A stretch of 62,506 bases of DNA from assembly GCA_036272955.1 (NCBI GenBank), contig DATAXU010000018.1:1-62506 (forward strand), written 5' to 3'. Below the pieces are notes generated by a model. It made no database searches, was not told where the DNA came from, and saw only the letters and a list, made by a program, of their open reading frames with translations. Origin of the DNA: Verrucomicrobiia bacterium (GTDB lineage: Bacteria; Verrucomicrobiota; Verrucomicrobiia; Limisphaerales; Palsa-1400). Position numbers and translations under genes: made by a program. Shown here in pieces: positions 27,301 through 36,635 of this stretch. The first letter of the stretch is position 1; every line of letters starts with the position of its first letter.

Positions 27301-28266
27301 CACTGGGTTCGTGATGTTGTTCGAAACGTTATTGCAGTAAATAAACCACGGGCCGGAAACGCGGCTCCAAACTTCGTTGGCGGCAAAGCCGGTGTCCGTC
27401 CCTCCGCCATAATGGCTGCCGTTGAGCATATTGAGAATGGTGGTGCCGATGTGGCACATCAGTTCGCGCTTCATGGGACCGCCGTTATAATATTCGGCGC
27501 TGGCGATGATGTTCCAGAGTCCGACGTTCAACCCGGCGTTGCCATTGGCGGTGACACTGCTCCAGCCCCAGGCCCTTTGGACGCCAAGATCGGCGCTGTA
27601 CTTGTACTTGTCTTCGTACTGGCCCTGGTAAATGCCGTTGGTCCAGAGCGAAACTTCGACAGGCGCGTTCAAAACCCCGACGGCCGTCCCGCCTGAAACC
27701 TCCATCAGCCTGTTGCGCGTGGCATCGACACTCATCCAGTTAAAGGTTGCCCCGGCGTAAATATTGTCGCGTGTCTCTCCCATCCTCATCGCCACGTCGC
27801 CATTCCGATGACTCCAAATCGCAGCCACGTAAAACCCAGGTGATCCGCGAAGCATCGAGAAATGAACATCGACGGTGCCGTTAGTCGTGGAAGTGGTAAG
27901 CATGTCTATTTCAGCATAATCGCCGCCGGTATCCGCCGGAGTGGCGACGACGGAATAGGAAAATGCGCCGGTGCCAAAGCCGCCCAATTCCCAATAAAAC
28001 ATGCCGCCGTCGAAACCGCCGCTGAGCAATTGTTTTGTCACCGTACCGCCGCCGTTATTGTAGGTGTAATTGATCTGATTGAGGACGGCGCCGGCGGTCG
28101 TGCAGAGAACGGAAACGATTCCATTGCCGATCGTCACAGTGCCGTTGCTGTTGTTGACCAATGTGACGTTGGGGCCTGTGCCGGTTCCACCGCCGGGAAT
28201 GTTGGCCATTGCGCTGGAACAAATCCAGAAGGCGGCCAAAAAAATAAATGAGTTGGATTGGCCCAT
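24337..28266 (-). CDS. Giant secreted polysaccharide lyase family 4 (rhamnogalacturonan lyase-like) protein with 3 FN3-like modules, an autotransporter-associated beta-strand (PATR-like) region and a PVC C-terminal domain
   Basis: Signal peptide FIFLAAFWICSSAMA. The N-terminal ~650 aa end in GRHGIFSDNRINFAGSLLKQKQNTITINMRKGGYFANHAMYDYIRLELSGY, which matches the conserved C-terminal 'YDYIRLE' block of PL4 RG lyases. Three ~90-aa repeats follow (P..L.A..GN..V.L.W......YY.V.RS). The protein then has GTLTL/NTPG-type beta-helix repeats. The tail is STNLATPQW...QTFYKAQLQ. Confidence 0.7.
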   Translation of the reverse strand: MGQSNSFIFLAAFWICSSAMANIPGGGTGTGPNVTLVNNSNGTVTIGNGIVSVLCTTAGAVLNQINYTYNNGGGTVTKQLLSGGFDGGMFYWELGGFGTGAFSYSVVATPADTGGDYAEIDMLTTSTTNGTVDVHFSMLRGSPGFYVAAIWSHRNGDVAMRMGETRDNIYAGATFNWMSVDATRNRLMEVSGGTAVGVLNAPVEVSLWTNGIYQGQYEDKYKYSADLGVQRAWGWSSVTANGNAGLNVGLWNIIASAEYYNGGPMKRELMCHIGTTILNMLNGSHYGGGTDTGFAANEVWSRVSGPWFIYCNNVSNNITNPVQASQALYNDALAQAAVEQSAWPYTWFTNANYAPATKRGAVSGQFVIQDSYNPNASAAGLWVGVVQTPSSTGIDYDFQEWMKPYQFWVNTDTNGNFTISNVIAGANYTLYAFGPGAAGTFQSQALPVAVNELDIPATPFSVTVTAGATNDLGVVTWKPFRVGATVFEIGYPDRNTEKFRHGDDFWVGDIGPSPTAPSPIWAKHLEYQVDFPNGPDYTVGQSRWSTDWNFVQPIVTDSQGNFDGSTSTINFTLLQAPASGSSASLYVALASDFQGPLIIQVNGTAIAGSTGYFPNDSSSTNESDTTIRQGRHGIFSDNRINFAGSLLKQKQNTITINMRKGGYFANHAMYDYIRLELSGYTPPPPESITAYPGNNCNLLAWPVTPGATSYNLLVSTNSGTNYGTLATNVPGPVCGSGTNDATYLDTNAVNAATYYYVVQSVNPVGVSTNSPPSAGATPSSSLSTTQPAAPAGLAAVAGNNKVVLTWNADPNANYYSVQRSTIVNDGVGTNVTLGTIMLGNAITNTSYSDTTPTDGSTYSYVVTAYNAGGASPDSLALIATPLSASPVSAPGALTVNVTLTTNITLTWSAVSGAVGYVILRSTSPDGPYLYVMSITETTYADVGLVTNTTYYYKVEAVNSGGVSPTSTVNAETAAYWIDTTTSGAQSWNANANWSSAAFPNGSRLPVFITPAITANQTINLNQPVTVGVLNLGASSGLGSLTVAANGGVLTLDNTPGRALLTQVASSKGDTISAPLTNNGSLSISNVSVNPLTVSGGVSGATGGIAIYGNVILGGPILGPVTVNAGSTLSDVPFSALTISNNLTLLAESTTKVRVQHSPLTNDSFHIAGALTEGGTLNVTNAGTSAFAAGDTFNLFNAATYSGSVTNFILPPLSAGLVWNTNTVKNLGILSVAAYLPPEINQSAIIGNTLHMAGSAGIPYWTYYILHSTNLATPQWKAIFTNQFDASGNFTFITTINPAAPQTFYKAQLQ

Positions 28267-28327
28267 GGTTAGTGCTGACAAACGACACTACACCTTGGGC
28301 GAAGAAACTGCCTATCACCAATTCTGT

Positions 28328-29560
28328 CTATGGCAGACTTGGCGCGTCGGGGTTTGCCTCCGGCCCGAAATAACGGAGCACTACCAGCGGCTCAACATCA
28401 CTTGTATTCTCGAAAACAACCCCGGCGCGGGCGGCGCTTTCCGTGCAAAACACCTCGTCCTCCGTCAATTCGTGGAAACGAATGAGCTTTGGGCAATCGA
28501 GCCTGAGCCGATTCATGAGGCCACTCCCCTGGACAGTGATCAAACCGTAAGCGCCGGTGTCCTTGATCGTGCATTTTTCCCGCGGTTGGAGAGTCAATTC
28601 TTTCGCGCTGAAAAGTTGTTCGCCGGCAACTTTGCCGTACACAATCCATTTGTCACCAGGAACGCCTTTGACGGGAGCGGGCTTGAGGTAATGGTTCTGC
28701 TTGAAATGGTCGTCTGTGTTGCCTTTCCAATCGAGTTGATCGACCAAATAATCGAGATCGTGATGGTGTTTTTTGGGCACATCCTTGACCAGGAGCGACC
28801 AAGGAACTTCGCGGCCTTCGACCAGCGATTGATACATCCCAAAAACGTCGCTGCCCCATTGCGGCTCATATGTGCAAATGGAACCGGGCGCGTGTAAAAT
28901 ACACGGCGGGATCAGCCAGCCTGTGCCAGGCTTAAGGCGGTAGGCGCGGCTGAGATCCAGAATGCCGTTGTCGCCCTTGTTCCAATTCTCAAGGCAGCGG
29001 CGGACATCGGCTTTGGTCGTGCCCGGCTCAAGGCCCATGAACGTGTACGGGAAATTGTTCCCGACGTTGTTGTGCTGCGGCGGAAAATAATAGGACTCCG
29101 GTTTTCCCTCCAATCCGAGGAGGGCGGCCTGCCTGGCGTTTTGGTGCATGTGGTGCGGGATCGGACCCATGTTGTCGAAAAATTTGGAATAGACGGGCCA
29201 TTTTTTATATTTTCGCCAAATACGGCCGCCAATCAGGTCCGCCCCACACTCCGCGACAGCCTGTCGCAAAGTAAAGCGCCGTTTGCCGACGACAACGTAG
29301 CTAAGGCCCTCATCGGGCGTGCGATTTTCGTTGGCGGCGGGAGTGGTTGAAGCGAACCACCGTTCATCGATTCCGCCGCGATTGAGACCAAAGGCGTAAA
29401 GATCATCAGGATGGAGTTTGAGACGTTTGCCGGGATGAAGAAAAGAGCGAGGCACCCAGCAAGGCGCGAGGCGAAGCAGGCCGCCGGTTTCGGCGAGCGC
29501 ACCTTCGACGAGGGAGGCGACGCTGCGTTTGGCAGTCTTAAGAGACGAGACAGTGTTCAT
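28328..29560 (-). CDS. Cupin-fold sugar isomerase-like protein (class I phosphomannose-isomerase-like)
   Basis: 410 aa. The putative metal-binding pattern PIPHHMHQ ... GKPESYYF ... PPCILHAPGS is reminiscent of type I PMI (Q.H / E / H ligands). This call is by eye only. Confidence 0.45.
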   Translation of the reverse strand: MNTVSSLKTAKRSVASLVEGALAETGGLLRLAPCWVPRSFLHPGKRLKLHPDDLYAFGLNRGGIDERWFASTTPAANENRTPDEGLSYVVVGKRRFTLRQAVAECGADLIGGRIWRKYKKWPVYSKFFDNMGPIPHHMHQNARQAALLGLEGKPESYYFPPQHNNVGNNFPYTFMGLEPGTTKADVRRCLENWNKGDNGILDLSRAYRLKPGTGWLIPPCILHAPGSICTYEPQWGSDVFGMYQSLVEGREVPWSLLVKDVPKKHHHDLDYLVDQLDWKGNTDDHFKQNHYLKPAPVKGVPGDKWIVYGKVAGEQLFSAKELTLQPREKCTIKDTGAYGLITVQGSGLMNRLRLDCPKLIRFHELTEDEVFCTESAARAGVVFENTSDVEPLVVLRYFGPEANPDAPSLP

Positions 29561-29668
29561 GTGGCAAGTGAAATAACGGTTTTTCGGGACCGTGTAAAGC
29601 CTTCGGAAAACCTTGAATTCCGGCTTGCCATCGTTCGTCTGTTCATGGCTTGCTGTAGGATATTGCGC

Positions 29669-31060
29669 ATGAATGAGAATGATCCATTGCCCGACTCCAA
29701 TCGCCGGAACTTCCTAAAGACGACGTCGCTGGCTACGTTGATGACGATGATGGGCGGCGTCGAATTGCGGGCCAGCGATTCGACCAATACGGCAGCAGGC
29801 GGCAGCGCCCTTACCAAGGAACCGCCGCCTCCGAATGTCAATTTCGGCGTTATTGGATTAGGCGATTGGGGACGCGAGATACTCCACGAACTTTCGATCA
29901 TGCAAGTCAGCGGCACGCATTTCGCGCCGGTTGTGGCGATTTGCGATAATTACCCCCACTCCCTTCACAAAGCCAGCGAGGACCTCCCGGCAGCCAAAAC
30001 TTACGACGATTATAAAAATTTGCTGGCCGACTCCAATGTCCAGGCGGTGATTGTCGCCACGCCGACGGGGACGCACCGCGAGATCGCGCTGGCGGCGATC
30101 GCGGCGGGAAAGCATGTCTATTGCGAAGCGCCGCTGGCAAACAGCATCGACGACGCCAAAGCGATCGCCACGGCAGCGCGCGATGCCGTGAAAATTGTTT
30201 TTCAAACCGGGTTGCAGGAACGGTCGCATCCGCAACGGAATTTTCTGGTGCCGTTTATCCGGGGCGGCGCGCTGGGAACAGAGGCGATGGCCCGCGCGCA
30301 ATGGCACGAATTCACAAGTTGGCGGCGGGATTCGCCGAATCCGCAACGGGTCGTGGACTTGAATTGGCGGCTGACACAGCAATCCAGCACGGGGCTCATC
30401 GGCGAGGCGGGGGTGCATTTGATCGACGTTGCTTCGTGGTTTCTGAGGAACCGGCCGGTGGCGGTGACCGGATTCGGTTCTTTGAATTTTTGGAAGGACG
30501 GACGCGACGTGCCGGACACGGTGCAGGCCGTGTATGAGTTTCCGGGCGGGATCAATTATATGTTTGACGCAACTCTTTGCAGTTCGTTCGACGACGTGTA
30601 TGAGCTTTATTACGGGACCGATTCGACAATCATGGTGCGCGATTCCAAGGCATGGCAGTTCAAAGAAGCCGGCTCGCCGCTGGGAGGCTGGGAAGTTTAT
30701 GCGCGCAAAGACACGTTTTACAAAGAGGCGGGCATCATGTTGATCGCCAACGGCAGCCACCAAACTGCCCTTATTGGCGATGCCGCCACGATGAAACCGT
30801 ATGAAAATGCGCCGCTGTATTATGCGTTGCAGGCGTTCGCCAAAAACGTTGGGAGCGTCAGCCAAACGGTCAAGGATTTCGTCGATCTTTACGGCGACAG
30901 TGACCCCAAGGCGCTTCAGGACAAGGTAACGGCGTTAAAGCTGGAACCCGCCGCAACGTGGAAGGATGGGTTGGAGGCAACTGTCATGGCGATCAAGGGC
31001 AATGAGGCTGCTGTCAAACACCAGAGAATAATGTTGGAAAACGAATTGTTTGAATTATGA
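29669..31060 (+). CDS. Tat-exported Gfo/Idh/MocA family oxidoreductase
   Basis: Internal ATG of ORF 29411..31060. Twin-arginine signal SNRRNFLKTTSLATLMTMMGG. Rossmann motif VNFGVIGLGDWGRE. EAPLA motif YCEAPLA. Confidence 0.85.
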   Translation: MNENDPLPDSNRRNFLKTTSLATLMTMMGGVELRASDSTNTAAGGSALTKEPPPPNVNFGVIGLGDWGREILHELSIMQVSGTHFAPVVAICDNYPHSLHKASEDLPAAKTYDDYKNLLADSNVQAVIVATPTGTHREIALAAIAAGKHVYCEAPLANSIDDAKAIATAARDAVKIVFQTGLQERSHPQRNFLVPFIRGGALGTEAMARAQWHEFTSWRRDSPNPQRVVDLNWRLTQQSSTGLIGEAGVHLIDVASWFLRNRPVAVTGFGSLNFWKDGRDVPDTVQAVYEFPGGINYMFDATLCSSFDDVYELYYGTDSTIMVRDSKAWQFKEAGSPLGGWEVYARKDTFYKEAGIMLIANGSHQTALIGDAATMKPYENAPLYYALQAFAKNVGSVSQTVKDFVDLYGDSDPKALQDKVTALKLEPAATWKDGLEATVMAIKGNEAAVKHQRIMLENELFEL

Positions 31061-31701
31061 AAGTTTGCGCACTGGCCTTCGGGACGCTTTTGGGAATTTC
31101 GTTAATCACTGCACAAGCCCAGACGAGCTATAGTACCCAGCCGACAGGCTGCGACATCAAAATCGACGGCACTTCGAGCCTGCATGACTGGGAGATGGAA
31201 GGTTCGTTGATCGGCGGATTCATTGAGTTTGGCCCTGGTGTGGTATTGGACCCGACCCAGACCGGCATCACGGGAATTCAGGGAAACACAGTTTCGGCAA
31301 AGGCGAAAATCATCATACCGGTCGATGCCATTCACAGCAAAGCCGACCACATGCCGGACACGATGGATCGTCTTATGCAGCAAGCATTGAAAGAGTCGGA
31401 TTTTCCCAGAATCGTATTCGTGCTGACGGGTTTGACGTTCAAGGGGCCTCATGCAGTGGGAAAACCGTTTAATTTCGACGCCACGGGGAACCTCGCCATT
31501 GCGGGCAAAACCAATGTGGTAACGTTTCCGGTCAAAATCGAATGCCCCGAGGAAGGCAAACTCAAGATCAGCGGCTCTGTGCCAGTCAAGATGACCGATT
31601 ACGGCGTGACGCCGCCTGCACCGAATTTCGGACTGGGCCTGATGAAAGTCGGAGAGGACGTGCAAATAATTTTTGACTGGATGGTCCACAAGAGGAAGTA
31701 A
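31057..31701 (+). CDS. YceI-like periplasmic (polyisoprenoid-binding) family protein
   Basis: Signal peptide, then DGTSSLHDWEMEG and VKMTDYGVTPP motifs typical of YceI-like lipocalin-fold proteins. ATGA overlap with the preceding oxidoreductase stop. Confidence 0.7.
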   Translation: MKVCALAFGTLLGISLITAQAQTSYSTQPTGCDIKIDGTSSLHDWEMEGSLIGGFIEFGPGVVLDPTQTGITGIQGNTVSAKAKIIIPVDAIHSKADHMPDTMDRLMQQALKESDFPRIVFVLTGLTFKGPHAVGKPFNFDATGNLAIAGKTNVVTFPVKIECPEEGKLKISGSVPVKMTDYGVTPPAPNFGLGLMKVGEDVQIIFDWMVHKRK

Positions 31702-31777
31702 GTGAGCAAGACCCGGACAAGCCTTGACGTTTTTCGCTCGCGGAAGACGCTGCAATAGAGTCCTTTGCGATCTGCGT

Positions 31778-31803
31778 TTTGACTGGGTTTGACCCACTTT
31801 GAC
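31778..31803 (+). repeat. Three perfect TTTGAC hexamers at exact 10-bp phasing, with degenerate copies at ~31807 and 31852
   Basis: gcgTTTTGACtgggTTTGACccacTTTGACcggccTGACggcc ... cggTTTGACcgag, inside the 370-nt non-coding gap 31702-32071. Confidence 0.6.
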
Positions 31804-32071
31804 CGGCCTGACGGCCCGAAAGACGCCGAGCAAGCAAACCATTATCCACGGTTTGACCGAGCGCCGGGCGCAAGAACCGACGCGCCAAACTTTCAAAGAA
31901 CAAAGCCTTACGGCAATTACCTTTGGACAATAGTGAGACCGTTTGCATTCAAACGAATTTGTGTTGTCCCGTCTTATAATGGGACATTGACATTTCTTTG
32001 GAGATGAATCAACCTCATCGTTTAGGTTACAAAACGATTGCATCGTCAATGCTTTTGAGGACAATAACGCC

Positions 32072-33256
32072 ATGCGCTCGAGGCTCTGGCTGATCCTTTC
32101 ACTGGCCTTCAACGTGTTCGCGGCGGTTTGTCTCTATGTCGCTATAGAACCGTACCGCAAGCCGCCTCCACCCCCTGCCCCAACTTACGTCGGCACCGTT
32201 ATAAAAACCAACGTGGTCGTGCGCCACGAAAATTTCACGTGGGACCAGGTCTCCGCGACCAATTATGTGGAGTTTATCAAAAACCTTCGCGCAATCGGCT
32301 GCCCGGAACAAACAATCCGTGACATTGTGCGGTCTGAAATCGACCGTATTTACGCCCGACGGCGCGTGACTGAAGTCATTTATCCAAATTATCAGTGGTG
32401 GCGCTCAGACCCTGATCCCGACCTTGTCCAGGCGGCAAACGCCAAAATCCAGAGCCTCGATAGCGAACGGCGGGACTTGTTGACGAGCTTGCTCGGCGCG
32501 GGTTGGGACGCGGAGAGCAAGGCGGTTATTGCGGCGCGCGGTGGGATAACGTTGACCGGGCCAATTCTCGGCGACATGTCCGCACCGGCCAAAGAAGCGG
32601 TCTTCATCATTTTTGCGGCGGCCCAGGAAAAAATCGAGGCCTACCAGGAGGACCAGGCGCGCCAGGGGAAAACCGTCGATCCCATGCAAATTGTCCGGTT
32701 GCGCGAAGATCCGTTCGTCCAACTGGTGACGATCATGACGCCAGCACAATACGACGAGTTCGTGCTTCGCTATTCGCCGGGGGCGCAGCAGTTGCGCGAT
32801 GAGATGCGCGGTATGGATTTGTCGGCGGATCAATTTCGCGGCTTATTCAACGCCGTCGGCGCAATCCTTGGACAGCCGGTTTACTTTTACAACGGTAGCG
32901 ACCCGCAAATGCTCCAGCAGCAGCAGCAGCTTCAGGCTCAAAGCCAGGCCTTGATAAAAAACACGCTGGGCGCGGGTGTTTATGCGGGGTATCAGCTTAA
33001 TCAAGACCCGCTTTACCGTTCCTCGAAGTCAACAGTGGAGCAGTTGGGCGTGCCGGCGGCAGACGTCGCTCCGGTGTATGAAATCAACCGCGCAACGCAG
33101 GCGGAAATGGACCGCATTCGCAAGGACGACACGATGACGAACGACGAAAAAGTGGAAGCTCTTGCGCAGACACAAGTGCAGCAACAGGAATCCCTGGAAC
33201 AAGTGCTGGGGGCGGATGCTTTTGAGCGCTGGCTTCAATCACAGGAAAGCAAGTAA
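32072..33256 (+). CDS. Hypothetical membrane-anchored protein with a Gln-rich segment
   Basis: 394 aa. N-terminal TM (LWLILSLAFNVFAAVCLYVAI), Pro-rich linker, helical body, QQQQQLQAQSQ tract. I recognise no family. Confidence 0.6.
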   Translation: MRSRLWLILSLAFNVFAAVCLYVAIEPYRKPPPPPAPTYVGTVIKTNVVVRHENFTWDQVSATNYVEFIKNLRAIGCPEQTIRDIVRSEIDRIYARRRVTEVIYPNYQWWRSDPDPDLVQAANAKIQSLDSERRDLLTSLLGAGWDAESKAVIAARGGITLTGPILGDMSAPAKEAVFIIFAAAQEKIEAYQEDQARQGKTVDPMQIVRLREDPFVQLVTIMTPAQYDEFVLRYSPGAQQLRDEMRGMDLSADQFRGLFNAVGAILGQPVYFYNGSDPQMLQQQQQLQAQSQALIKNTLGAGVYAGYQLNQDPLYRSSKSTVEQLGVPAADVAPVYEINRATQAEMDRIRKDDTMTNDEKVEALAQTQVQQQESLEQVLGADAFERWLQSQESK

Positions 33257-33267
33257 CGCGGGATTTC

Positions 33268-34524
33268 ATGCTCTCATCCAATGCTTCAGACGGGCGGCTG
33301 CGCGATCTATCGCCTTTGCAATGGAAATCCGGCATCGCGGCGTGGATGGGGTGGTTTTTCGACGGACTGGACATTCATCTTTACACGTTGGTGGCCGCGC
33401 CTTTTGTCGCGCATCTGCTCAACGTCGCGGATGCCGGCGGTCCGCTTGTCAAAAAATACAGCTCATGGATCCAGGCGTCCTTCCTGATTGGATGGGCACT
33501 GGGCGGGGGAATTTTTGGGCGGCTGGGCGACCGTCTTGGACGGAGCAAGGCGTTGAGCCTGACGATTCTGACGTATGCGGCGTTCACCGGTCTTTCCGTG
33601 CTGGCGCACACATGGTGGCAATTGTTGATATTTCGATTTGTCTCCGCGCTGGGAATCGGAGGCGAATGGGCGGTGGGCGCGTGCCTGCTTTCCGAGACGT
33701 GGCCCAGGCGCTGGGGGCCGTGGATTGCGGCGGTCCTTCAGTGCGGCGTCAATGTCGGCATTCTGTGCGCCTGCCTGTTTGCTTACGTTCTGGCTGCTTA
33801 CCCGGCGCGGTATCTTTTTTTGGTCGGAATCATTCCTGCTCTTATCGTCTTCTGGATCCGCCGACACGTTCCGGAACCGGAGGAATGGCGAGCAGCCCAG
33901 AAAGTTTCCACAGTGAAACCGTCCATCATGGATCTTTTTCGCGGAAAGCTCGCGACGACCACGCTGCTGACGACAGTGGTTTGCTCACTCACGCTCACCG
34001 GATGGTGGGCATTTCTTTTTTGGAATCCGCAACATTTACAAAGCCTGCCGGAACTCGCGGGCTGGAGCAGCGCTGAGAAACGGCAATTGGTGACCAAGGC
34101 GTTTTTTCTCATTATTTTCGTTTCGATGGCGGGCAATTATTTTGTGTCATGGCTGGCGACGTTTTTCGGTTATCGCCGGGTCATCCTTGGCGGATCGCTG
34201 GCGTTCGCAGTTTCGTTTTACCTGACGTATCATGTTCCGCGCGGCTACGGGGAGTTGATGTTTTGGCTGCCTGTCATTGGATTTTGGTCCGGAATATTCG
34301 GACTGTTCACGATGTATCTGCCACCCTTGTTTCCCACTTTGTTGCGCACGACGGGCACGGGGTTTTGCTTCAATATCGGACGAATCGCGGCCGCCGTCGG
34401 CACCGTGATTTTCGGGCTTTACCTGCAAGTGGGAGATTTTCGAATCGCCCTCATGGCCATTGGAGGCTTGTTCGTGCTGGCGGCGATCGTTTCCTTTTTC
34501 CTGCCGGAATCACAAAGCCATTAG
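33268..34524 (+). CDS. MFS transporter
   Basis: 418 aa, 12 TM-like segments, MFS loop motif [11 protein letters not shown] between TM2 and TM3. Confidence 0.85.
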   Translation: MLSSNASDGRLRDLSPLQWKSGIAAWMGWFFDGLDIHLYTLVAAPFVAHLLNVADAGGPLVKKYSSWIQASFLIGWALGGGIFGRLGDRLGRSKALSLTILTYAAFTGLSVLAHTWWQLLIFRFVSALGIGGEWAVGACLLSETWPRRWGPWIAAVLQCGVNVGILCACLFAYVLAAYPARYLFLVGIIPALIVFWIRRHVPEPEEWRAAQKVSTVKPSIMDLFRGKLATTTLLTTVVCSLTLTGWWAFLFWNPQHLQSLPELAGWSSAEKRQLVTKAFFLIIFVSMAGNYFVSWLATFFGYRRVILGGSLAFAVSFYLTYHVPRGYGELMFWLPVIGFWSGIFGLFTMYLPPLFPTLLRTTGTGFCFNIGRIAAAVGTVIFGLYLQVGDFRIALMAIGGLFVLAAIVSFFLPESQSH

Positions 34525-36561
34525 CTGCTTAACCGTCTCCGGGTCGCTGCTCGGCGGTTGGCATGATTTCCCCGCGCAGACGAATACCATCGGACCGCCT
34601 TTGGCAGGCAACGTTTTGGCGTATGCCTCGACAGCGCCGCTATTGCCCATGACAACTTTGTTGGGTTGATAAACCCCATGAATGGCGCGAAGCAACGTCC
34701 CGGTTTCGGCGCAAGCGGGGTCGCCCGCCACAACGACCCGGAGAGGGTGTGTCAAAAAAAAGTCCAGCCCGCTCAACAGGTACGGCACCGCTTGCGGAAG
34801 CTGATGCAATCGCGGAGCGAATAGCCGCAATGTCTTTTCAGCCGCGGCGGCAAATTCCGTTTCGCCGGAAATTTCCGAAAGACGCAATAGCGACAAAACG
34901 GCGACCGAATTCCCCGAAGGCTCCGCGCCGTCGTAGTCATCCTTAAAGCGCAGGATCAGTTCTTTTTCGCCGGCGGCGCTGTCGTAAAAGCCGCCGTGGG
35001 CGGGGTCATAAAACTTCGCCATCATTGCGCGAGCAAGGCGAAGGGCAAAATCCAGATGCCGGGATTCCAGCGTGGCCTCGTAGAGGTCAATCGCTCCGCC
35101 GCAGACATTGGCGTAGGCCGCAAGCAATTGCACCGCATCCCGTTCTCCCTCCCGCCACCGATGATGCAGCGTGCCGGTTTTTGCGTCCCAAAGTTTCTCG
35201 CGCAAAAATTCGATGTTCCGTTCGGCGGCGGTTCGAAACGCTTCGTCGCCGAGGACGGAATACGCGCGCGACAAGGCGCCCAGCATCATCCCGTTCCACG
35301 AGGCCAGAACCTTATCGTCCAAATGCGGACGGACACGGCCCGCCCGCGCCTTGAGGAGCTTCGCCTTGGCCGACTTGATAATCGCTTCCTCGTCTCCCGT
35401 AAGATTCGGATCCGCGATGCTCAGCACGTTCTGATTGGGAAGAGGATTGGGGTCGCTGTGATCAATGAAATTGCCGTCCTCCGTGACTCCGAAGTAACGC
35501 ATTGCGATTGCGGCTTCGCCCGGCGTTAACAATTGGGATAACTCGGCGGACGTCCAGCAGTAGAATTTTCCCTCTTTGCCTTCGCTATCAGCATCCTCGG
35601 CGGAATAAAATCCGCCTCCGGGATGCGTCATATCGCGAAGGACGTATTCGATGATGCCGCGCGCCACCGCGGCGTGGCGGTAATCGCCGCTGACGAGCCA
35701 GGCGTCGAGATAGAGATTGAGCAATTGCGCGTTGTCATAAAGCATCTTCTCGAAATGCGGCACCAGCCATTGGGCATCGACCGAATAGCGGGAGAATCCG
35801 CCGCCAAGCTGGTCGTAGATTCCGCCCGCCGCCATCCGCTCGCAGGTATGGAGCACCATTTTCACCGCCACGCCGTCCTTCGTGCGGACCGCGTGGCGCA
35901 GTAAAAACAACGGCTCGCTCGGACGTGGAAACTTCGGCGCCCCGCCAAAACCGCCGAACTGCGGATCATACTCCCGCTTGAACGCGGCGGCCGCATTATC
36001 AAGCACCGCGGGCGACAGCACGAGATCGCCCTGCTCCCGCGCGGCGGCGGCCTCAAGCTGCTGATGAAAATCGGCGGCTGTTTCCAATATTTTGTCGCGG
36101 CGATTTTCCCAGAGTTGCGCGATTTGACGCAGGACCTGGATAAAACTCGCGTGGCCGTACTTATTCTCCGGCGGAAAATAGGTCCCGCCATAAAATGGCT
36201 TTAAATCATGCGTCAGGAAACAATTCAACGGCCAGCCGCCATGGCTCGTGAGGGCCTGAACGGCTGTCATGTAGAGTTTATCCACATCCGGGCGTTCCTC
36301 CCGGTCCACCTTGATGCTGACAAAGCGGGCATTGAGAAACTCCGCAATTTTGGCGTCCTCGAAGGATTCCCGTTCCATAACGTGGCACCAATGGCATGTG
36401 GAATAGCCGATGCTGAGGAAAATCGGCTTGTCTTCGCGACGCGCCTTCGCGAATGCATCTTCGCCCCAGGCAAACCAATCGACGGGGTTATGCTGATGTT
36501 GCAACAAGTAGGGCGATTTTTCCCGCGCCAGGCGGTTGGTGTGAGCGTGCCGATCCGACAT
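34510..36561 (-). CDS. Thioredoxin-domain protein of the DUF255/YyaL (SPATA20-like) family with an (alpha/alpha)6 N-acylglucosamine-epimerase-like domain
   Basis: 683 aa. [47 protein letters not shown] is the family hallmark. Confidence 0.9.
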   Translation of the reverse strand: MSDRHAHTNRLAREKSPYLLQHQHNPVDWFAWGEDAFAKARREDKPIFLSIGYSTCHWCHVMERESFEDAKIAEFLNARFVSIKVDREERPDVDKLYMTAVQALTSHGGWPLNCFLTHDLKPFYGGTYFPPENKYGHASFIQVLRQIAQLWENRRDKILETAADFHQQLEAAAAREQGDLVLSPAVLDNAAAAFKREYDPQFGGFGGAPKFPRPSEPLFLLRHAVRTKDGVAVKMVLHTCERMAAGGIYDQLGGGFSRYSVDAQWLVPHFEKMLYDNAQLLNLYLDAWLVSGDYRHAAVARGIIEYVLRDMTHPGGGFYSAEDADSEGKEGKFYCWTSAELSQLLTPGEAAIAMRYFGVTEDGNFIDHSDPNPLPNQNVLSIADPNLTGDEEAIIKSAKAKLLKARAGRVRPHLDDKVLASWNGMMLGALSRAYSVLGDEAFRTAAERNIEFLREKLWDAKTGTLHHRWREGERDAVQLLAAYANVCGGAIDLYEATLESRHLDFALRLARAMMAKFYDPAHGGFYDSAAGEKELILRFKDDYDGAEPSGNSVAVLSLLRLSEISGETEFAAAAEKTLRLFAPRLHQLPQAVPYLLSGLDFFLTHPLRVVVAGDPACAETGTLLRAIHGVYQPNKVVMGNSGAVEAYAKTLPAKGGPMVFVCAGKSCQPPSSDPETVKQLMAL

Positions 36562-36635
36562 TGCGGCAACATACCGCCGGTGAATGAACGCGCAACCTTT
36601 TTGCGTCCGCCACGGTTTTGGCCTACAGTGGCCGG

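Noticed and set aside
32925-32945. CAG x5 tract (poly-Gln) in the 394-aa hypothetical gene, and the 9-bp tandem AGCGCTCCG x2 near 22996-23013 at the end of the AsmA-like gene, as possible phase-variation sites.
   Set aside because: Both are in-frame triplet-multiple repeats of very low copy number. Slippage would not switch the frame, and the tracts are too short to be notable contingency loci.
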